Shown piece by piece: positions 13,001 to 23,080 of a stretch of 64,000 nucleotides of DNA. Under the pieces are notes generated by a model. The model did no database searches and was not told where the DNA came from. It saw nothing but the letters and a program-made list of their open reading frames with translations. This DNA is from Anthoceros angustus. Its lineage: Eukaryota > Plantae > Anthocerotophyta. Both the position numbers and the translations under genes were made by a program. Numbering within the stretch: position 1 is the stretch's first letter; each line of letters begins with the position of its first letter. The DNA is taken from contig VJWM01000192.1 in the NCBI GenBank assembly GCA_010909165.1, forward strand, positions 310,001 to 374,000, written 5' to 3'.

Positions 13001-15392
13001 TTCCACGACAAGTGCAGCGTCATCCAGCGTCCGGACCTCCTGAGGCGTCGGTGCCACTTCTCCACGGGTCCTCCGCCTCCCGCCAGCAGGGGTTGAAGTC
13101 GGGATATCTCTTGGTGACAATGTTGCGCTCCACGGTACGGGGCTCCCACCTCCGTAGCCTTCTTGGGTCCCATCGCCTCCTTCTTCTTACTCCAGTGGCG
13201 GTGTCCATGATTCTTGGCACGATGCTCCCTCTTGGCGCGTTGTTGCTCCAGCCCGCAAGGTGGCAGCGAGGTGCTGAGCATTCGGAGATAAGCGCCCGAG
13301 GCGGGGTTGCGGAGGCGAGGCGCAAAATTGTCTTGAGTCGCCCAGGCCAGCCCTCCCGTCGGCGCGTCGTCGGAGTAGTTCTTGGGCGGGAGGTGCCTTC
13401 CTTGTCATGGCTGCAGTGCATGGCTTACTCTCCTTGCCAAGCTTACTGCAGCCTCGCGCCCGCGTGCTCAGTCTTACGCGCCCGCCTTTGTACTTGGGCG
13501 TGAATACACGCGCACGCCTGGTGGCTGGCACCCTACGGTCTGGTCCATGCATGCGATCCTCCTCCAGTCTCTAGTCCGCGTGGTGCAGGCTTTCTGCGCC
13601 CAAACCCTTAAGTTACTTTACTTGGCGTATTTATCCTATCACGCTCCGGAGTGTGTTAGGACTTACTATGTTTACATGCGGTCAAGCCGCCCTCGGGACC
13701 TCAGGGGTCCACCTCCTGAGGATCCTCCCGGAGGTTCTTGGATCGGACCTCCTTGTTGGCTGCCAACATCTTGGGCGTATTCCACGACAAGTGCGGCTGA
13801 CATCAGCGTCCGAGACCTCCTGAAGGCGTCGGTGCCACTTCTCCACGGGTCCTCCGCCTCCGCCAACGAGGTTGAAGTCGGGATATCTCTTGGTGACAAT
13901 GTTGCGCTCCACGATGAGCTCCACACCTCAAGTAGCCTTCTTGGTCCCATCACCTCCTTCTTCTTACTCCAGGCGGTGTCCATGATTCTTGTACGATGCT
14001 CCCTCTCGCGTTGTTGCTCCAAGCAAGGTGGCCGCGAGTGCTGAGCATTCGGAGATAGCGCCGGGCGGGGTTGCGGAGGCGAGGCGCAAAATTGTCTTGA
14101 GGTCGCCTGGAGCCAGCCCTCCCGTCGGCGCGTCGTCGGAGTAGTTCTTGGGCGGGAGGTGCCTTCCTTGTCGTAGCTGCAGTGCATGGCTTACTCTCCT
14201 TGCCAAGCTTACTGCAGCCTCGCGCCCGCGTGCTCAGTCTTACGCGCCCGCCTTTGTACTTGGGCGTGAATACACGCGCACGCCTGGTGGCTGGCACCCT
14301 ACGGTCTGGTCCATGCATGCGATCCTCCTCCAGTCTCTAGTCCGCGTGGTGCAGGCTTTCTGCGCCCAAACCCTTAAGTTACTTTACTTGGCGTATTTAT
14401 CCTATCACGCTCCGGAATTGTTAGGACTTACTATGACATTTACATGCGGTCAAGCCGCCCTCGGACCTCAGGTCCACCTCCTAGGATCCTCCGGAGGTTC
14501 TTGGATCGGACCTCCTTGTTGGCCAACATCTTGGGCGTATTCCACGACAAGTGCGGCGCATCAAGCGTCCACCTCCTGCGTCGGTGCCACTTCTCCACGG
14601 GTCCTCCGCCTCCCGCCAACGAGGTTGAAGTCGGGATATCTCTTGGTGACAATGTTGCGCTCCACGCGCGGCTCCACACCTAGCCTTCTTGGGTCCCATC
14701 ACCTCCTTCTTCTTACTCAGCGTGGCGGTGTCCATGATTCGGCACGATGCTCCCTCTTCGCGCGTTGTTGCTCCAGCCCGCAAGGTGAGCGCGCGAGGTG
14801 CTGGCGTTCGGAGATAGCGCCCGAGGCGGGGTTGCGGGCGGCGCAAAAATTGTCTTGAGGTCTGCAGGAGCCCTCCCGTCGGCGTCGTCGGAGTAGTTCT
14901 TGGGCGGGAGGTGCCTTCCTTGTCATGGCCGCAGGTGCTTACTCTCACCTTGCGCTTCCGCTTACTGCAGCCTCGCGCCCGCGTGCTCGGTCTTCGCGCC
15001 CGCCTTTGTACTTGGGCGTGAATACACGCGCACGCCCCGCACCCTACGGTCTGGTCCATGCATGCGATCCTCCTCCCGATCGTCCCGTGGTGCAGGCTGC
15101 CTAAACCGCCCAAACCCTTAAGTTACTTTACTTGGCGTATTTATCCTATCACGCTCCGGAGTGTGTTGGGACTTACTATGACATTTACATGCGGTCGGCG
15201 CCCCTTGACGTGCGATCCGTGGCTCCTCCGGTGTACTCGAGATCACAGGACTCACTCACGGAGTGTAGTCCGGAGTATTCGGACCACCTACTTCCTTCGC
15301 CTTATTTTACGCCTCGGACCTCTGAAAAAAAAACAAAACCCAACTTATTTCCTAACCCCAAAGGGAAGTGGTAGCCCACTGGCTTCCTGACA
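7059..15392 (-). mobile_element. LTR-retroelement unit with internal tandem duplications and degenerate accessory ORFs
   Basis: Minus strand starts TGTCAGG (15392) and ends GCCACA (7059) next to a PBS remnant. Frameshifted ORFs (VERNIVTKRYPDF, RWITLVT..GKRADWEDHL, coiled-coil, HLRREYRCP). Blocks repeat 2-4 times within 9.5-15.2 kb. Colinear with 17.2-21.7 kb. Confidence 0.75.
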
Positions 15393-15900
15393 GTAAGCAG
15401 TTTTCGATACGAAGGTACTCCAAGGAAAGGCCTACGTTTTGGAAGGTCTAAGGATGGTTTAGCTCTCACATCTTATTGCGATGCGGATTGGGCGGGGGAT
15501 CCAAACACCCGGCGAAGTGTAGCAGCATATTGTACTTTTATGGGCAACTCAGCCGTCTCATGGAGCAGCAAAAAATTATCTACCATCTGCTTATCTTCCA
15601 CGGAGGCCGAGTATGCTGCTATGACTCATCTTTCTTGAAATCATCTGAATCACGAAGTTTTCTTAAAGGACTTGTGACTACAATTTGGACCCACACCACT
15701 CACAGGGGTGATAATCAATCTGCCATCGCACTTTCTAGAATCACATGTTTCATGCTCGTTCTAAACACATTGAGATTAGTCATCATTTCATCGCCCGAAC
15801 GGTGAACAAGGAGAGGTAATTGTATCATATGTCCCGACGAGGACAATGTTTACGATCTACTTACCAAAGCACTCTCAAAACACATTAAAAACACACTCTA
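15393..15900 (+). mobile_element. Ty1/copia RT-end/RNase H remnant, interrupted by the upstream element
   Basis: Translates to LALTSYCDADWAGDPNTRRSVAAYCTFMGNSAVSWSSKK..LSSTEAEYAA..GDNQSAIALS..KHIE..DLLTKAL with frameshifts, the copia RNase H signature. Confidence 0.92.
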
Positions 15901-16215
15901 GCTGGCGGCATTTGTCTCATTCTGATGTTTCTACTAAGGGTTCTGCCCATTAGCTAGCCTTGCTGGTTCTAATCCTCCGATTGGGAGTTTGCCTTGTGAC
16001 TTGACTTCACGGTCTTCACGCCTTGTCGATTTTGCAAACTCTTCTCTGAGAGCTGTTCACCCACAGGAGTGTTAGCAACCACCCTAGCAGGCAAGGCAAG
16101 TCTTAGACACAGTGTTTCAAGTTAGCTACTTACAGCCATAATCCACAAGAACTCCTGATTCTGTCATATGAGATGCAGGCTTGCACTTCTCTTTTGTTGC
16201 CTTGGTTTTCTCCTT

Positions 16216-16755
16216 CTACACTTTCTTGCCAGTCTTCACTCCCCACTCTCTTTCCATGTATGTCTCGTCGTCAGAATCCATTGGCAGAGGCACCTTCATG
16301 CAAGCCAACAGTTCCTCCTTCGCAGTGTTGAGAGCCACAGTTCCTACTCCTCTTTTGCCTTCTTGTTCAGTCTCCTTGCATACCATCTTGTTGAACTCCA
16401 CACTAGAAGCAGCGAACACCTGGCGAGGAGTGCCCTTGTCATCGAAGTTCTGGAAGCGTCTAGCAGTTTTGGCTTTGGAACTCTCTGTTGGCAATGGAGC
16501 TCTAGTGGGAGCATTAAAGGATACTAAGCTCGAATCCAGACAGAACATGTTGTGAAGAAAGGACTGGCGTTCCGAGAATTTCCTCACCGGAATCCAGGAT
16601 CTCTCACAGCTCATGCACTGAGACCACAGGCCGAGAATCGAGTCATCTTGAACACGGAGACTCGGTGGCGGCGGTGAGGGCGACGAGAGGAAGATGGCGA
16701 GGATGGTCACCGAGAACAAGAGGAGGAGTAACTCAGTGATGCTTAGTGTTGCCAT
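16216..16755 (-). CDS. Antisense ORF (179 aa, N-terminal hydrophobic segment) in the copia 3' region
   Basis: Open frame from ATG 16755 (MATLSITELLLLLFSVTILAIFLSS...) to the stop at 16216. Lies between the RNase H remnant and a PPT-like AAGTGGGAG (16941-16949) followed by TATTAG. Confidence 0.35.
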   Translation of the reverse strand: MATLSITELLLLLFSVTILAIFLSSPSPPPPSLRVQDDSILGLWSQCMSCERSWIPVRKFSERQSFLHNMFCLDSSLVSFNAPTRAPLPTESSKAKTARRFQNFDDKGTPRQVFAASSVEFNKMVCKETEQEGKRGVGTVALNTAKEELLACMKVPLPMDSDDETYMEREWGVKTGKKV

Positions 16756-17193
16756 GGGACAAAATATAGGCGACAGTGAGCGTCGGAAGAGAGAGAAGGC
16801 GGAGGAGTGTAATAGCAAGTTTTTAAGAGAGGGTTGCATGCCTCTCCCGTGTCCGTGAGTGCAGATACTCGTTTTTGAGACTGTAAAGGACATCTTAACT
16901 ACGCCTCTAGCTTTATTTCCACTTTGAAAATATTTCAACTAAGTGGGAGTATTAGAATATGTTTAAGTCAGTAACTGCTTTGGCAATTATCTACCTAGCT
17001 AGTGGTAGTTTTATATTTTCAGTTTGATCGGTTTAATAACCGAATGAGCCTTTGGCTATATAACACTCTTTTCTTTTCGATACACTTGACCACATCTTTC
17101 GCTTATCCGGATGTACGCGTGCACTTGCTCCACTATCTGGTGTTTGACCACCGCCTAGTGAAGATCCTCACATGGCGTACACTGCACACGAAG

Positions 17194-20100
17194 TGCGTAG
17201 GCGACTACCGACGGCCAGCCGGGCGCGCACAATCCCGTGTCGTTGTAGGAAGGAGTCCGTTCCCAAAGGAATAGCGAGCTCCGTTTGCGGCGTTCGAGCG
17301 ATTCTCGTCTTACTTTGCGTCCGTTCAGTCCCAACGCACACATTCATCGATTCACGTCTAACTACCGCGTTCACGCGGCCGGTATGGCCAAGCGTTTAAG
17401 GACCCGTTCGCGTCCGTATCGTTCACGTTCGTCCTCACACTCCTCTGCCTTCTCCACTCACACTACACTTATCGGTCTTAGGGAAAGACGGTTACACAAC
17501 CCCGACCTCCTCGTCGTTGGGCCTCTCGTCCAGACTCTGCCGCCCTCCGAGTCCCTCGGCTCACCGTTCCGGTCCGTTCGGTGGGGCGCGGCTGCAGCGA
17601 GCCGGGTCCCAGTCACCTGCACACCACAACACGTTAGGTCCGTCACGGGACCACGATCAATCTCTCCGGGTATCGTGCACCTTTCGGTGACTCGGGACTC
17701 ACGTTAGCAAGAAGACACACAAGGTGCAGAGCGGCATCAACACCAAGAAAGATGATTTATTCTGCAGCCTCTTATACTACGCCCAAGTCGGCGTCTTTAT
17801 TACACCTATTACGGTGATGGCCATTTCGGTATACCTAATCGGCCGCCTACCATCCTATTCCTCCCCTATCTCCTTCGTCGGTGGGGTGGGAAGGTCCGGG
17901 TTCCCCTTGGGATTGGTGGTCCAATCTCCGTCCCGAAGCGGCGCACCCAATCGGATGATCGCGGGACCCCTCTCTCTCCGGAATCACATCGGGTTGGGCT
18001 CGGCGGTCGGCGGCCGTTACCACAACGTCATCCTCCACAGCCTCCCGTGGGTCCCCTCGGTGGGGCCACCGGCTCTGCTCCCCTAGCGTAAGTCGAAGGG
18101 GCTCCTCCCTTCTTGAGTCAGGACCTCGAGGTCCGGTCTCGACTCAGTCTGAACTCCAGTCAGTCTTATTTCAGTCCGGTGGTGGGTCCGGCCTCGTCTG
18201 GGGTTCGGACCTCTCAGGGGTCCAGTCCGGTCCCAAGCTCCGGACCCCTTATCATGGACCTCGTCTTGCTAGGTCCTCATCCCTACCCAGGCCCTTGTCT
18301 TGGGTGGGTTGGCTCCCTTGCGCCCCTTTCGGGCCGTCACCTCCCTTCTCCGGCGGGTTGCGGTGAACTTACCACAGGGTCCGTTGCGTCTCGCTCCTCT
18401 TGAGGCTCTTCTCCCCGTCGTCTCCAAGCAGGGGCCACTAGAGTCCCTGCCGCCCCATGCCCTTCTTCCCCTCAGGCCTTCCGGTCCGTCTATTTCGGGT
18501 GAGAGGCCTCTACCAGAGCTCGTGGTAATAGGCAAAGTCCGAATCCACTTGTTGGATTGCCTCTTCCACGTGTGCGGGCACCGATACTCCCGCCATAGGT
18601 GCTCGGGAGCGTCTTTGCCCGGCTTGTTGGACCACCTCCCGCGGGTTTGATAGGCTGGGCCGGGCTGCTTCGGCTGCGAGCCTCGGTCACCTCCCATAGC
18701 CGTTTGTTGCTCCACTGCTCCAACTCCTCCCGCTCATTTGCCCGACTTAGGCCAGCGTTCCCCGCCTTCCTCAAGCTGGACCCGGCTTCTTATGCGCTTC
18801 CGGTGCTCTCGCCTCTCATCCCGTCCATTAACTCATCTCCCTCTCAGACGGTCGGGCAACTCTGCGGTGCGGGCTTCCGAGCCCTTCTCCATCTCGGCGG
18901 TCCTGCTCCTGTTCCATCGCCGTCGCCTCCGTCATAGCGGGCGCTCTATTTCCGTTCGCGTTCGCGACCATCCTATGAGACTACCATTCCTCTCAATGGT
19001 AGTTTGAAGCTGCAGCTCCAAGGTCTCCTTGCGGTCTTCCATCTCCTGCCGCTGCTGCTCCACCTCACGGGAGTCCGGAGATCCTCCATCTCCTTGTCGC
19101 GAACTTCCTGGGCCTGGCTGGTCCGCGCTTGCTCCGCCGCCTCCTGCTCCATCTTCAGGCAGAGCTGGAGGCGCTCTATCTCCCGCTCGAAGTCTTGGAT
19201 TCTCTCGTTGAGAACCCCTTGCTGCTCCGACGCGTCTTGAAGTTGTAACTCCAAGGTGTCCTTGCTGTCCTCCAGCTCCTGCCGCCTCCCTTCTACCTCC
19301 TGCTGCGCCACAGGGTCCCGATTTCCTGCCGGCCTCTGTTTCGCACGGCTCGTCGTGCTTGCTCTCTTGCCGCTCGGCCTTCAGATTGGCCGTGGCTACC
19401 CCAGCCGCCTCCCTCCACCGGTTCCGATCACGCCGATAGTGATCGCGGTCGGCCTCCGGCGTTTCCCTTCCTCCTTGGCCACCTTCACAGGCCTCTCGAC
19501 TTGGCTCTGGTCTGGTCGCCGCCTCCTGCTCACAGGCCTCTCGGCCTCCTGCTCACAGGCCTCTCGGCCTCCTGCTGCGCTACCCTCTCACTGCGGAGGT
19601 CCTCGGCCGCTTGGGCCTCCTTAGCTCGCTCACCGCCTCCTCCAAAGGAATTTAGTCCGGTCCTTGCGGATGGACGGACTTCCCCTCTCGGCCTCCGGCG
19701 TTTCCCTTCCTCAATCGGCCGAGCTTGGCCTTCCTCCTTGCCTCCTGGGCCCCTCAGCTGCTCACGGAGGAGTACCATGCGCCTCGGGTGGCTTCTACCT
19801 CCACAGGTCTTCTCGGCCATCCATGAGACCCCAAAGCATACCGTCCATGACGAAGCTGGACCCGCCGTGTTTCTTCCACGGCCAGTGAGGCTCCCACAAA
19901 GTCCGTAGTGGGAGCGGCATTTCATGATCCGAGGACCTCCATACCCCCGAGTAAGTCGGTGGGTTCTCGGACCTAATCGGGACCCTTAGGTCACGAGTCC
20001 GAGCTCCCGAGCTTCACCCTCCTTGGCCCTTTTGGCGCGAGCTCCTTCTCGCCCTTTTTCTCACAGGGCTCGGAGGAGGTGAGGGGTCGGGAGCAAGCCC

Positions 20101-21696
20101 TTTTGCCCCTTCACAGCCGGAGGCAGGGCCGGCTCGAGTGCAGGCTGCTGCGGTGTCCTCCTGCTCACAGGCGTCCCTTTCGCCCTTCCTCGCTTCTTGC
20201 CACTCAGGTGGGCGGGGTAAGTCTTGGCACCGTCGAGGTCTTTCGTTGGTGGTCTTGCGTCTCTTGGTTCCCTCAGTCGGCGGCTTGGTTGTGGTGGTGG
20301 TGGGCTATTGGGTCGGGGCCGCCTCTGCTGCTTGGTGCTCGGTGGGGCAGAGGAGGAGGCGGGGATTTCCTCCCATACTTCCCTGGGTGGTGAGGGGGTC
20401 CGTTCCAGACGTATGGAGTCCGGAATTCCCTCCCAGTCGTCCTCCTCCCGGGTCCGTTTGGCCTTCGGGGGTCGGCCTCCCACCTCGGGCGCCCTTGCCC
20501 GCTCCACTTCCGGCAGGGCCTCCAGTCCTTTCCGGAGCGCCCGCTCAAGCTCTCCCTCCTTCAGGAGCTCGAAATGTCCCCATACATGGATCAGGTATGG
20601 GGCGGCCAGTGAGGCTTCTCGGTCCCACGAGCTTGCGGGCCTCACTAAGCCGGGGCGAAGATAATCCTTCCCGATCCGCCCTCTTCCCCAGCGCATGCGA
20701 GAATACCAGCGAGTTATCACCAAGGTGATCCACCTTGGTGGCGAGTTCAATGGACAATGATCCGGGCTACCGCCCTTACTCGGATCGGGTCGGATATCAA
20801 CCGCCGTTGGTGGTCCTCTGCGTCGAGCCTCGGCGCCGCTGTTGCGGCCCTATCTTCCCCGCCTTGAGGGGCTCGGCACCACACCCCTTCTTCCTCCTTT
20901 GGGCGGTTGTAGGCCGCCTCGGGACCTCAAGGTCCATCGCCTCGGGTCCTCCGGAGGTTCTTGGACCGCACCTCCTTGTTGACCGCCGCCAACATCTTCG
21001 GCGAACTCCCGACTGAGTGACTGCCGAACGTCTGCACTGCCCCGAACACATCCAGGTGCCACTCCTCAACTAATTCTCCCGCTTCCTCCAGCCAGGGCCC
21101 AAAGTCCGGATAGCGCCGGGTCACAATGTTGCGCTCTACGAGGTTCCATGGCTCCCAAACTTCCGCAGGCTTTTTGGGTGCCATCGCCTTCGTCTCCCCT
21201 TGTTGCTGTAGCTGCTGACCGGAGTTCGCTGGCACGATGCGCCCTCCTCGCCGCGTTCGCTGCTCCAACCCCGGCAGTGAACCACGCTCGAAGGTGCTTG
21301 GGCGCTCAAAGAGATAGCGCCAGAGAGCCGGGTTGCGGAGCGCAAGAGACTGCGAGAATTGTCTCGAGGCTGCTCAGCGAAATGACCTTCCCCTTCGCCG
21401 CCGGAGTAACTGGCGGAAGGCGCCTCTTCCACTGTCGTAGCGCGAGTGCATACGACCTTACGCCTCGCTTACTGCGGCCTTGCCGCGTACTACGGCCTTA
21501 CGCGCGCGCGATCATGGCGTGAATACCGCTATAACGGCCTCTGCATACGGCCTGGCCGATGCCCGACCTCCACTCGGGGCCGTCCGTGGCGCCGCCTAGT
21601 CCGCCCTCACGGCTCAACTTCTAAGTTACTGCTGCATTTACTTATCCTGCTTGGACTGGGTGGTGGACTTAACCGTTACCCGGCGTGGTCGGAACA
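17194..21696 (-). mobile_element. Second, diverged copy of the 7059-15392 retroelement unit (no large internal duplications)
   Basis: Colinear similarity from GGCGCGCACAATCC (~17222 vs ~7089) to AAGTTACT...GGACTTA (~21623-21671 vs ~15121-15176). Same ORF motifs (VERNIVTRRYPDF, PPRWITLVIT, coiled-coil 18973-19311, HLWREYRCP). Ends approximate. Confidence 0.8.
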
Positions 21697-23080
21697 AGGT
21701 AGCTTCTTATGACCTCTCCTCTACAGCTCATACAAATCCCAATGCTCTGTAGGATAGAGTTCAATCGGACACCTACCATGATGCCCTTCGATCCGCATGA
21801 GGAACTTGGTCAAATCAGCATAGCACTCCGGCACCATGGGTCTCTCTGGCTTGTACTTGCGCTGGAAGGGCTCCTGCCACTTCTCTGCTCACTTGTCGTC
21901 CAGTATCCGAGGACACCCCCTAGCTCGTGCATTGTCGACACAATGATGGCAGACCTTCCTGCTAACGTTGCTATGCTCCTTCACCACGACATCCCAAGGC
22001 CAACCAGACCTTCTTCCAGACATGGTGTGAAACCACGAAAAGCCGGTCACCACCTACGAAAAGGATGAAAAACAACAAACACCCAAAAACTGGGAACATG
22101 GTCACAAGAGAAAGCGCGACAACCTCTTGCATGCACCAAGTGACCTGCCCACCAGGCACCTCCTGCTCACATGAGATGAAAACACCTGATCAAGATTGGA
22201 AACCCGCCCACTTGCTTGCTCAAATCTAGAAGCCAAAGATAGTGGATGCAGCCCCTGCAGCCATGAGTGCAAATACCTAGGTGAGCATGCACCACACAAC
22301 AAAACCAAAGCAAACTCCCCTATCCAAAAGCAAATTCACAGACCTGGGCTGCTAGCTCACGCTCCTACAATGACAGTTAGAGAAAATCGGCAACTTGCAT
22401 GCAACTTGGCACCCTGTGTGCTGCAAAGAGTTAGCAACCTAAGCCTGCAAGCCCACAGCTTTGAGCTCATGCACCCCTTAAAATGAAGGAAAATCGCCGA
22501 TGTGCACACCAGCTCGGCCACAAATTGCCGACAGACAACAACCCGACTTGCTTGAAAACACGTGAATCAACCTGGATAGACACTCCCTCATGAGCTGCCT
22601 CCAAGCTCCACAGATGACCAACCTTGCCTGCTAGCACAATTACGCTCCCGCGAAGTGGCTGCTTGAAAACTCGTTGGGAAACCGAAATTCCAACTCTAGA
22701 GACTTTGCACGTACCTCACACGTGTCGATATACGTGGAACTTATATTACTCTCCTTGCTTCACAACAAACAGCGTCCGGGTAGAAAGGGGTTTCTCCAGT
22801 AACCCCTTCTTGCACATGTGCGTGAGTGGACCCCTTTTTGTACCATGCAAAATCCGACCCCAAATCGGCTGTTCTGAAGCAATGGTTGGTGTTTTTCCTC
22901 CAACGTAGGTGTAGTTGCTTTCATATAATATGTGTTATCGTAATGCATAGTAATAATGAGGACATGAAACTCTAGACCACCTTGTGGTCCAGGTTATATC
23001 GAAAAAGAAAATACACTTCGGTGCGCAAACATATGCGCGCCCTGACCCTAAATGCCAAACCCTAATTTATGGTCCCATTC

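Noticed and set aside
8276-14860. Long plus-strand ORFs rich in P/S/L/R
   Set aside because: Antisense shadows of GC-rich minus-strand retroelement ORFs; not conserved between duplicated copies.
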